Shown here piece after piece: positions 27,801 through 35,719 of a stretch of 35,719 nucleotides of DNA. The position numbers and the translations under genes are program-made. Source of the stretch: Nostoc sp. (GTDB lineage: Bacteria; Cyanobacteriota; Cyanobacteriia; Cyanobacteriales; Nostocaceae); contig JBALDB010000049.1 in assembly GCA_036918135.1 (NCBI GenBank), positions 1-35,719 on the forward strand. Reading direction: 5' to 3'. Numbering within the stretch: the first letter of the stretch is position 1; every line of letters starts with the position of its first letter. The notes beneath the pieces were generated by a model. It did no database searches and was not told where the DNA came from. It worked only from the letters and a program-made list of their open reading frames with translations.

Positions 27801-29721
27801 CGCCATCGCGTCGAATGGATTGTATTGGCACAGAACATCCTATGTCTTCCTGTCGTGCTTGTATAATGCTGTCAGCTATTTCAGAGATGGTGGGCGCTTC
27901 AAAGAAATGCCGCATTGGCAACTCAACTTGAAAGATATCGCGGATACGGCAGAGGATCTCAAAGGCTAGTAAGGAATGTCCTCCCAACGCTAAGAAATTG
28001 TCATGAACGCCAATGTTTTTTAAACCTAATACATTAGACCAAATTTCTGCTAATCGTTCCTCAATAGGAGTACGAGGAGCAACAAACTTCTCATTTGCAT
28101 TGAATCTTTGAACGGGTGCTGGGAGCGCTTTACGATCGACTTTTCCGTTAGCTGTTAAGGGTAAAGCACTCAATTGCACAAAGCGAGAAGGAATCGTGTA
28201 GTCAGGCAATTTCTGTTTGAGAAAACGGCGTAAATTACCAACGTTCGTGTCTGATGATTCAGGCTTGAGAACTACGTAAGCTATCAGGCGTTGGTCGCCA
28301 GGGAAAAATTCTTTAGCAATTACTACAGCTTCTTGCACATCAGGATGTTGCCACAGTGTAGTTTCAATTTCTCCTAGCTCAATACGGAAGCCGCGAATCT
28401 TTACTTGTTGGTCAATGCGCCCAATATACTCTATGTTGCCGTCTGGTAAGTAGCGAGCTAAGTCGCCTGTTTTGTAGAGGCGTTGTTTTGTGACTATTTG
28501 CTTGGTATTTCCACTAGGCTCGCTAGTAAATGGGTTGGGGACGAATCGCCGCTCTGTCAGTTCTGGACGGTTGAGATAGCCTCTGGCTAATCCCTCGCCA
28601 CCAATGTATAGTTCTCCACAAACACCTGTGGGTACTATCTGCATTTGTTCGTCCAACAGAAAACAGTATGTGTTGGCGATCGGACGACCAATGGTCACGA
28701 TGCTGTCACCTTTCTTCATCAAGGCAAATGTGGAATAGGTCGTATCTTCCGTAGGACCGTATAGATTAAAGACTTTTTGAATATTGTCTAACGCATATAT
28801 CTGCTGCACCAAACGATTTTGCAGAGGTTCACCTGCTAAGTTAATGGTGCGAACAGAAGCGGGTATACCTTGAATTCTCAGTAACTCTGCGATCGCAGAT
28901 GGCACTGTATTGATTAGAGTAACTTCTTGAGCGGCAAGTAAGGTAGGTAAATACAAGGCATTTTCTGCCAAAATCACCTTACCACCCCAACAGAGGGGAA
29001 CAAATATTTCAAAAACTGAGAGATCGAAGCAAATAGATGTTGCGGCCAGTACTCCAACTAGATCCTCTGTTGTAAAGACTTCTCTTGCCCAATGCAACAG
29101 AGCGACTGTGCTGTGATGTTCAATAGCTACCCCTTTCGGTTTACCAGTCGAACCGGAAGTGTAAATCACATAAGACAGGTTTTTATCTGTAACTAGGCTG
29201 GTTAGATTCTCCTGGTTTTGTTGAGTAATTGCCTCTCTATCACTGTCTAGACAAACTATATGAGCCTGATGCTCTGGAAGCCTTGAAAGTAAATTTTGTT
29301 GTGTCAATAGTATCGATAACTGTGAGTCCTCTAGCATTAAAGCTAACCGCTCTGAGGGATAGGCTGGATCTAGGGGGACATAAGCTCCGCCTGCTTTAAG
29401 GATGGCTAATAGTCCAACAATCATTTCCAGCGAACGCTCTAGGCAAATGCCAACTAGAACCTCAGGTTTGACATTTAGGGTCTGTAGATAGTGCGCTAGT
29501 TGATTAGCTCGGTTGTTAAGTTCTTCATAAGAAACTTGTTCGTCTTCAAAAATGACCGCAATTTGCTCGGGTGTTTTTTCTACTTGATATTCAAATAACT
29601 GATGGATGCATATATCATTTACGTAAATTGCTGGATTTTGATGCCATTCCACAAGCAGCTGGTCTACTTCTATCTTGGGTAGACTGAGGTCTTGTTGAGA
29701 ACTTTCAATAGAATTTTTCAT
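24841..29721 (-). CDS. Non-ribosomal peptide synthetase, A(Ala)-T-C-T-R, 1626 aa
   Basis: A: YTSGSTGKPKG, FDLS, NLYGPTE, YKTGDL, NGKVDR. T1 LGGHSL; C HHILCDDWS; T2 LGGNSL; reductase FLTGATGFLG and YAQTKWVAE. Only about 50 residues lie between C and T2. Confidence 0.93.
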   Translation of the reverse strand: MKNSIESSQQDLSLPKIEVDQLLVEWHQNPAIYVNDICIHQLFEYQVEKTPEQIAVIFEDEQVSYEELNNRANQLAHYLQTLNVKPEVLVGICLERSLEMIVGLLAILKAGGAYVPLDPAYPSERLALMLEDSQLSILLTQQNLLSRLPEHQAHIVCLDSDREAITQQNQENLTSLVTDKNLSYVIYTSGSTGKPKGVAIEHHSTVALLHWAREVFTTEDLVGVLAATSICFDLSVFEIFVPLCWGGKVILAENALYLPTLLAAQEVTLINTVPSAIAELLRIQGIPASVRTINLAGEPLQNRLVQQIYALDNIQKVFNLYGPTEDTTYSTFALMKKGDSIVTIGRPIANTYCFLLDEQMQIVPTGVCGELYIGGEGLARGYLNRPELTERRFVPNPFTSEPSGNTKQIVTKQRLYKTGDLARYLPDGNIEYIGRIDQQVKIRGFRIELGEIETTLWQHPDVQEAVVIAKEFFPGDQRLIAYVVLKPESSDTNVGNLRRFLKQKLPDYTIPSRFVQLSALPLTANGKVDRKALPAPVQRFNANEKFVAPRTPIEERLAEIWSNVLGLKNIGVHDNFLALGGHSLLAFEILCRIRDIFQVELPMRHFFEAPTISEIADSIIQARQEDIGCSVPIQSIRRDGDLPLSFGQERLWFLNQLVPNHAFYNVCEAFRLRGVLNSTILEQSLNEIINRHEILRTTYSSLNGQPIQVIHSTFPIKLLVVNLQGLSPDEREPQVRQLILEEAQRPFDLVQGPLLRTTLLQLSSEEHIFLLNLHHILCDDWSLSVLFEELSALYQAFSTGNPSPLPDLVIQYGDFAAWERQWLQSEILDNKLAYWQQHLSDNLPILELPTDYPRPLEPTYQGTRQSVVIPKSLTDALNVLSRQEGTTLFMTLLAAFQTLLFRYTGQEDILVGAPISNRHRSELEGLIGFLLNTLVLRTNLSGSPSFRQLLGRVREVALWGYTYQDLPFEKLVDALQIERDLSQNPLISVMFHLQNTPMPKLTVPGLTMNRLEIDNGTSKFDLYLELRETSAGISGNLEYSTDLFKAETIALIVENFSTLLQSIVSNPDQTISDLPLLTYPGDRQILGNRQTHPGERQTKRIYNGNIGNIDIRSLPEPEMDRSDLKAAFVAPRTPIEEQMAEIWSRVLAIEEVGIHDNFFELGGNSLLASQLIFFVRETFQVDLPLKSLFEKSTIEALAQVIETVRRDGVSALTSAIDLKSEVILDPAINAQGRTIAQVNELRHIFLTGATGFLGAFLLDELLHQTQAKIYCLVRSPNEHEGLKKIQQNLEKYSLHHPNFSSHVIAIPGNLEQPYLGLSSKQFEKLALQIDVIYHSAAQVNFAKPYSVIKESNVLGTQEVLRLACLGKIKPMHYISTIAVFGAISHFTGQKVVYEDDDIEPCKDYVALDIGYAQTKWVAENLVCVAKSRGIPVSIFRTGFLMGHSDTGIAHTKDAYVPRIIKGCIQLGSYPELIDQKEELIPVDYATRAIVHLSKKQESLGKAFHIVPPPDQNIGLIELFEFICSYGYQLKKLPYTQWKDELIANFRHSSENVLHPLLPMMSEKVYQNSLTIMELYQNTVDYDYQNTLNGLADSAIVCPPMDVKLLDKYISYFVSSGFLNSPPLRQE

Positions 29722-29847
29722 GGTAAAACAGTAATCTTTGATACTTTGATTTTATTTGCTAATACTTAAGTTGGCTAGTCACAATAAAAAGTTTCTACTT
29801 GGTATGACTTTAAAGGAATGAAAGCAGAGTAGGTATTTCATAAGAAT

Positions 29848-29944
29848 TACACCAGATTGCAACTTAGTGAGGTACAGACGATCCGAAGGGCACAGCACTG
29901 CTGTGTCTCTACGTATGTACTTCATTTAGCTGAAAAACGCTGTA
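29848..29944. repeat. About 97-bp MITE/REP-like palindromic element between the kinase and NRPS genes
   Basis: Nested inverted repeats: taca.../...tgta ends, tgaggtaca (29868-29876)/tgtacttca (29916-29924) and central gcacagca-c-tgctgtgt. Confidence 0.6.
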
Positions 29945-29948
29945 ATGT

Positions 29949-32900
29949 TCAATAGATAGGGAGAACAATCTCAAATTCAGTTCCCTCGGTAGGCTGAGAA
30001 CGCACAGTTAAAGTCCCGCGATGTTGTTGGATAATAGAGTAGCTAACAAATAACCCCAAACCTTGACCACGACCAACGGGCTTTGTGGTAAAAAACGGCT
30101 CAAAAATCCGCTCTTGCAGACTTACAGGAATCATACTATCTGTATTGGCGATCGCAATTCGTAACCATTCACGATCTATCACTCTAGTACAAATCCGAAT
30201 TTCTGGATTTTCGCTGCTTTGGAAATTATCTCGAATCGCATCAATGGCATTATTAATAATATTCAGGAAGACTTGATTCAACTGGCTAGGATAGCAAGTA
30301 ACTAAAGGTAGATCGCCATACTCCTTGATGACGCGCACTTCGGGTTGATTTTGAGAAGCTTGTAAACGATGTTGCAAAATTAACAGCGTGCTTTCAATAC
30401 CACTGTGTAAATCTACAGCTTTGATTTCGGCTTCATCTAAGCGAGCAAAGTTGCGTAAACTCTGGACAATTTTGCTGATGCGCTCGCTACCAATCTTCAT
30501 AGATTCTAAGGTTTGATTGGCATCTTTAAACAGAAAATCAAGCTCAATTTCTTCCTTCATCGCTTGAATAGCTGGATTAGGTTGGGGATATTCCTGCTGA
30601 TACTTTATCAGCAAACGCATCAGATCTTGAATATAATTTTCTGTATGAATAAGATTACCCTTAATAAAATTAACTGGATTGTTAATTTCGTGAGCAATAC
30701 CAGCTACCAACTGACCGAGGGATGACATTTTTTCGCTATGAATTAATTGTCCTTGAGTTTGCTGCAATTTTTTCAAAGCTTGCTCTAAATCTTGGGCTTT
30801 TTGGTTAAGAGCTTGGGTTTTGTGTTCTACCTCTACTTCTAGGGTGTAAGAATAGTTTTCGGTTTTTTGATACAGACGGGCATTTTCCACAGAGATAGCG
30901 GCTTGGTTAGTTAAGAGTTGGAGAATTTCGATGCGATCGCTGGTAAAAGCGCCTAAAGTTAAGTTGTTCTCTAGGTACAAAATACCGCTGAGTTTTCCTT
31001 GGCGACTAATGGGAGTACATAAAACTGATTTGGGCTGGTAAGTGATGATGTAGGGATCGTTGGCAAATTGCACTGAATCACTCAAGTCTTCAAACACGGC
31101 CGTCTGTTGAGTTCTTGCTACTGCATAAATCAAACTTTGAGGAATTTCTGGGTATTGCTCCAAGGGAATTTCTAAAGTTTTTACCAGTTGTCGATCTGCT
31201 TGAGCTACAACTAACCATTGTTCCTCTTGGGGAAGAACTAAATGACCGATTTGTGCGCCAGCATTGGCGATTGTAATCTCCATTAAGGTTGCTAACAGTT
31301 TCTCTAATTCAATTTCTTGAGAGATGGCTTGTGCGGCTTTCATCACCGCTTGTAAATCTAAGTATAAATTTTGGTTACTAGAGCTTTTAGTTACACTTCT
31401 CATCAAAGTTGAGGCGATGGTTGCTTCAGATGTGATGGTAAGATTAGTCGGTTGGAGAATGGCTGTTAGTAGTTGCGGGTATTGTTGTTCTAAATGGGCG
31501 ACTTTCGCCTTTGCACCCCAATGGGCGTAGCAGTAGTAAGCTTCTTGGATATAGTCTGCGGCCAGCTTCTCTTTGCCCCAAGCAAGGTAGAATTTCCCAG
31601 CTAGCTCATTGCTGAGTGCTTCTTCTTGGATATAGCCGTTTTCTTTAGCCCCCTGAATGGCTTTTTCATAGTAGGTCATTGCGTCTAAACGACCCAAAAT
31701 TTTTGCCCGCTCTGCTTCAACTAAATCGTATTTGTGTTGATGATTAGCAGGAGCGTGGAACGCCCACTGACTCATCAATTTCTGGTTTTCTGCAACTTTT
31801 TCTAATGCCCATTGTTGCTCTGCTTCATTGCCATTTGAACAAGTAGCTAAAAGAGCGAGGGAGTAGTAGAAATTATGTTCTGCATACTGCAAGAAGCCAA
31901 CCATGTTCCCCCGGTATTTTTCGGCTTCTATAGCATGGATAAGTGCCTGCTGATAGTCCTTAAAGATGAACAGAAGAATGGTCTTTGCCAGATGGAGCAG
32001 GAACAGAAGAGTTCCATTTTGAGTTTCAATTAAAATTGGCAGTATTTTCCGCTCGTCGAAACTCTCCCCAACGAGTATTAGGGAATCTTCTGCTGCTCCC
32101 ATCAAATTCAACACGAGCTGACGACAAATCTGCCCGAAGTAAATTTGATACTCTTGTTTGAATTTTAACAACAGATCGATGTATTTTTGCTGTTGCTGAT
32201 TCACCTGCTCCAGTGTTTCACCAACGAAGAAAAGATAGTTACAGTAGGAGGTGGCATTGTAGCAGGCATACTCTATATCACCCACTTCTAATCCAACCTG
32301 AATAGCTTCACGTAGGGAAGCGATCGTTTTGCGAGCGGGTTCTTGCCAGTGCCGCACAAACACATCAAAAATATTAATTACTTTTGCATACAATTTCCTG
32401 TCGTTGAAGCGCTCCAGCAATTTTAATCCTAATTGTCCAAACCGATAGCCTCTTTCGATTTTGGTTGGGCTACCACATAAAACCAGACCATAAAAGGTGT
32501 AGCCAAATGCCGAAAATGCCGAGTTACCAGATTGAATCGATAGGTTCACTAGTGTGTAAGCAATCAGTGGTAACATATCTGGTTTAGCGTTCAGGCTAGG
32601 AGTAACCATTGCGATCGCAATTCGCATGGCTGCTAACTTGTGCGGATCGAGCATCTCTGGCAGATTAATTAAATCCTCGATTGCTAACTCCAGTGGGGGT
32701 TCTTTAAACAGCGGTTCGCCCAGAAACTCCAACACTTGCAGACAGATGTCAATCGCTGCCAGCATTTGATTCTGAGCAATGTAGAAATAAATTCTGATTT
32801 CATACATTTTGACCTTTTGCAGCAAATCCTGGGCGTGCTGAAGCACAATTTCTGAAAGCTGTTCTGCCTGCTGGAAATGGGCGCTCAGGTACTCAATTTC

Positions 32901-35408
32901 AGCTGCTTCTGTATACAGGGCAAGGGTCAGGTCGTAATCATGTTCCCAACCATTTTCTGGAAGCACTGCCAGCCCTGCTGTGAAGTATTTACTTGCCATT
33001 TCATAGGCGGTTGCTGCCTTGGCTTTTTGTCCTGCTTGCAGGTTGAGTTGAGCCAGTTGATTGCGTTGAGCTAGATCCAATTCTTGCAGCCTGGAGATTT
33101 CATCACCATTTTGTGCATTCAACAATTCCGGAGAAGTTTTTTGAGCCGTCAATCTCAAACCGTAATTTAATTGATTGACAATTTCAAAAATTTTCCCTTC
33201 CCGCTCTGCTTCAGGTGTATTTGCCCACAGTTGTTGCCCGATTTTGAAGTGGGTAGACTGTTTTCGATCTTCTGGAATCAGACTGTAGGCAGCTTGTTGG
33301 ACGCGATCGTGTAAAAATTTATAAGGAACAGCAATCTCACCACCGCGATCGATGTGGTCTGAGTTGTTTGATTGGAAGAACTTGTAGGTTTCGCTAATGG
33401 GGAGAATCAGCCCTTCTTGTAACGCCGCCCATAGGCTGGTGGCCGTATCAATAGCTGATTTTCTAGAGACCATTGCCAAGGTATTCAAGTCAAATTGGTT
33501 GCCAATACAAGCCGCCAATTTCAAAACCTCCTGTGTCTCTACCGGAAGTTTCTGCAACTGTAATGCCATGAACTCTACCAATCCATCGGTCAATGCCAAC
33601 TGCCGCACCGAAGCTAGGTCACATTGCCAGTAACCCAGTTCTGGCTGGAACTGAATACAACCTTCCTCGTGCAGTGTTTTGAGAAACTGCGTTGTAAAAA
33701 AGGGATTCCCTTTGGTTTTCTGATATACCAATTGTGTCAGGGGTTGAGCCAGTTCATGGGGACAACTTAAGGTGTCTGCCACCAATTGATTCACCGTTAT
33801 TTCTCCCAAGGGTTCCAGAGTAATCGTATTGACGGTAGCCTGGGTTTGCTGAATCTGCTCCAGCGTCAGTATTAAGGGATGAGTTGGAAACACTTCATTA
33901 TCTCGATAGGCACCCAGAATCAGTAAAGATCCATAACTGGCTTCACTCATCAATAATTGCAACAACTTCAGAGAAGCCGAATCTGCCCATTGCAAGTCAT
34001 CTAGAAACATCACCAACGGATGCTCAGGGGTGGTGAAAACCTGGATAAATTTTTGAAAGAGCAAATTGAAACGATTTTGGGCAGCATTACCAGATAGTTC
34101 CGGGACTGGCGGCTGTTGACCGATAATTCGCTCTAGTTCGGGAATCACATCAACGATCGCTTGTCCGTTTTCACCTACAGCCGCCAAAATTTTCGCTTTC
34201 CACACCCCCAATTGGACATTATTCTCACTCAGCAGTTGTCCCATCAAATCACGAAAGGCTTGCATAAAGGCACTGAACGGAATATTACGCTGGAACTGAT
34301 CGTACTTGCCTTTGATGAAGTAACCGCGTTGTCTGACAATCGGTTTATGGACTTCATTGATCGCCGCAGTTTTACCAATCCCGGAAAATCCTACTACTAG
34401 CATCATTTCTGAACTGCCATTAGCGACGCGCTCAAAAGCTTTAAGCAATGTTGTAACTTCTGTTTCTCGCCCATAGAGTTTTTCGGGGATAATGAAGCGA
34501 TCGCATACATCCCGTTGTCCCAGGACAAAAGTTTCTATTCTACCCGTTGCTTTGCATTGATTGAGACAGCATTCTAAGTCATGCTTTAAACCCAAGGCGC
34601 TCTGATACCGATCTTCGGCATTTTTCGCCATCAACTTCAATACGATCTCTGAGACGATTGCGGGAATTTCTGGATTAATGCTGTGTGGGGCGAGTGGGAG
34701 CTTGGCTAAATGACAGTGTACTAACTCCATCGGGTCATTGGACTCAAACGGTAATTGTCCCGTCAAAAGTTCGTACAATGTCACCCCTAAAGCATAGAAG
34801 TCAGTGCGGTAATCAATGCCGCGATTCATTCGTCCGGTTTGCTCTGGGGAAAGATAGGCAAGGGTTCCTTCCAACACATTGGGATTTTGAATTTCCTGGG
34901 TTTCGCGAGGCAGGAGGGAGGCAATGCTGAAGTCAATCAGCTTGACTTGTTGTGATTCTGGATGAATCACAATGTTAGCGGGTTTGATATCTTTGTGAAT
35001 AACTCGATGCTGGCAGACATCATGGAGAATATCGGCAATTTGTCCGGCGATTTCTAAAATTTCCCGTAAAGATAGGGAATAATTTTGCTTATAATTCCGT
35101 AGGGAAATGCTGCCAAAGTCTTCCATCACTAAGGCATAGCTGTTACCGTATTCTTCTAGGCTTAATGCATGGATTATGCCAGGAATGTTAAGATTTTTAG
35201 TAATTGTATACTGGTTACGAAACTGTAATAATTCGTTAAAGGTGGGGTAGTCTTGCCGTAATAGTTTAATCACCACTGGACGTTGACTTGACTGTTGCAC
35301 TGCTCGATAAACTATTGTCTGAGAACCTGCATAGAGTTGCTCAACAATGGCATAACCAGGGAGGTACGGTAATACATTCGAGTAGGGGATTGCTACCAGT
35401 GTCGTCAT
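29949..35408 (-). CDS. HstK-type Ser/Thr kinase - AAA ATPase - GAF - histidine kinase, 1819 aa
   Basis: HKDIKPANI, IDFS, SPEQTGRMNR; Walker A GFSGIGKT; LDDLQWAD; GAF (PKSVLCTP...YLENN); H-box AHEINNP; N-box NAIDA; FFTTK...GLGL. Confidence 0.95.
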   Translation of the reverse strand: MTTLVAIPYSNVLPYLPGYAIVEQLYAGSQTIVYRAVQQSSQRPVVIKLLRQDYPTFNELLQFRNQYTITKNLNIPGIIHALSLEEYGNSYALVMEDFGSISLRNYKQNYSLSLREILEIAGQIADILHDVCQHRVIHKDIKPANIVIHPESQQVKLIDFSIASLLPRETQEIQNPNVLEGTLAYLSPEQTGRMNRGIDYRTDFYALGVTLYELLTGQLPFESNDPMELVHCHLAKLPLAPHSINPEIPAIVSEIVLKLMAKNAEDRYQSALGLKHDLECCLNQCKATGRIETFVLGQRDVCDRFIIPEKLYGRETEVTTLLKAFERVANGSSEMMLVVGFSGIGKTAAINEVHKPIVRQRGYFIKGKYDQFQRNIPFSAFMQAFRDLMGQLLSENNVQLGVWKAKILAAVGENGQAIVDVIPELERIIGQQPPVPELSGNAAQNRFNLLFQKFIQVFTTPEHPLVMFLDDLQWADSASLKLLQLLMSEASYGSLLILGAYRDNEVFPTHPLILTLEQIQQTQATVNTITLEPLGEITVNQLVADTLSCPHELAQPLTQLVYQKTKGNPFFTTQFLKTLHEEGCIQFQPELGYWQCDLASVRQLALTDGLVEFMALQLQKLPVETQEVLKLAACIGNQFDLNTLAMVSRKSAIDTATSLWAALQEGLILPISETYKFFQSNNSDHIDRGGEIAVPYKFLHDRVQQAAYSLIPEDRKQSTHFKIGQQLWANTPEAEREGKIFEIVNQLNYGLRLTAQKTSPELLNAQNGDEISRLQELDLAQRNQLAQLNLQAGQKAKAATAYEMASKYFTAGLAVLPENGWEHDYDLTLALYTEAAEIEYLSAHFQQAEQLSEIVLQHAQDLLQKVKMYEIRIYFYIAQNQMLAAIDICLQVLEFLGEPLFKEPPLELAIEDLINLPEMLDPHKLAAMRIAIAMVTPSLNAKPDMLPLIAYTLVNLSIQSGNSAFSAFGYTFYGLVLCGSPTKIERGYRFGQLGLKLLERFNDRKLYAKVINIFDVFVRHWQEPARKTIASLREAIQVGLEVGDIEYACYNATSYCNYLFFVGETLEQVNQQQQKYIDLLLKFKQEYQIYFGQICRQLVLNLMGAAEDSLILVGESFDERKILPILIETQNGTLLFLLHLAKTILLFIFKDYQQALIHAIEAEKYRGNMVGFLQYAEHNFYYSLALLATCSNGNEAEQQWALEKVAENQKLMSQWAFHAPANHQHKYDLVEAERAKILGRLDAMTYYEKAIQGAKENGYIQEEALSNELAGKFYLAWGKEKLAADYIQEAYYCYAHWGAKAKVAHLEQQYPQLLTAILQPTNLTITSEATIASTLMRSVTKSSSNQNLYLDLQAVMKAAQAISQEIELEKLLATLMEITIANAGAQIGHLVLPQEEQWLVVAQADRQLVKTLEIPLEQYPEIPQSLIYAVARTQQTAVFEDLSDSVQFANDPYIITYQPKSVLCTPISRQGKLSGILYLENNLTLGAFTSDRIEILQLLTNQAAISVENARLYQKTENYSYTLEVEVEHKTQALNQKAQDLEQALKKLQQTQGQLIHSEKMSSLGQLVAGIAHEINNPVNFIKGNLIHTENYIQDLMRLLIKYQQEYPQPNPAIQAMKEEIELDFLFKDANQTLESMKIGSERISKIVQSLRNFARLDEAEIKAVDLHSGIESTLLILQHRLQASQNQPEVRVIKEYGDLPLVTCYPSQLNQVFLNIINNAIDAIRDNFQSSENPEIRICTRVIDREWLRIAIANTDSMIPVSLQERIFEPFFTTKPVGRGQGLGLFVSYSIIQQHRGTLTVRSQPTEGTEFEIVLPIY

Positions 35409-35620
35409 AGCGTCAAGTTAAATTCTTTAGCAGAAGTTTATAATTTTAATATTTCCCAAAAATTTAGCAGAATAAACATTCCGTAACTTGTATACATAAT
35501 TAATTGGCTACAACTAGGCAAGAATGCTACGAGATAACGTAAAGATTCAGATCTAATAGTGGGGAAGCAAAGAAGGGCGAGACAGACAATTATTAGAGTC
35601 AGCAATTAGAGCTTGTGCAA

Positions 35621-35719
35621 CAATACTCCGGACAGTTTTTAACCCTTGGTAAAAAAAGGCCATCCATCACGTAGGGTGAGAATAGATATTGAAAGACACC
35701 CAGATGGATAGCCTAAGAA
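35621..35719 (+). mobile_element. Possible left end of an IS4-like element (runs off the window)
   Basis: caatactccggacagttttt resembles recalled cyanobacterial IS4 ends. A hairpin ggccatccatc...gggtg...caccc...gatggatagcc encloses an ATG at 35704. Confidence 0.35.

Noticed and set aside
2430..34930. The many 60-130 aa ORFs antisense to or overlapping long genes (e.g. 2430, 11583, 14791, 19061, 25372, 30085, 34685)
   Set aside because: Shadow ORFs with no motifs, fully explained by the overlapping well-supported genes.

Overview
AT-rich DNA with many HIP1 octamers (GCGATCGC), heptamer tandem repeats and an HstK-type kinase, consistent with a filamentous, probably Nostocales, cyanobacterium. 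The window is a heavily eroded accessory region. Left (1-5.3 kb): an IS5-interrupted amiC, a decayed iron-uptake locus (AraC tail, TonB-dependent receptor and PepSY-TM pseudogenes) and one intact IS630. Next come intact VOC, CurA-like reductase, ferritin-like di-iron and class-I glutamine-amidotransferase-like genes. The centre holds a candidate phenylpropanoid module: a 4-coumarate:CoA-ligase-like adenylation domain fused to an ACP and a thioester reductase (one in-frame TGA), convergent with an MIO aromatic ammonia-lyase that carries a TAL-like YH motif and is 5'-truncated. About 9 kb of MITE/IS-bounded material follows (AraC plus three oxidoreductases, thioredoxin, ArsR-SRPBCC, IS903/IS1/IS630 debris). 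The right end has an uninterrupted NRPS of unusual A(Ala)-T-C-T-R architecture and an 1819-aa Ser/Thr kinase-AAA-GAF-His kinase. No rRNA, tRNA or CRISPR array was seen. Family calls come from motif recognition and recalled homologues, not database searches.
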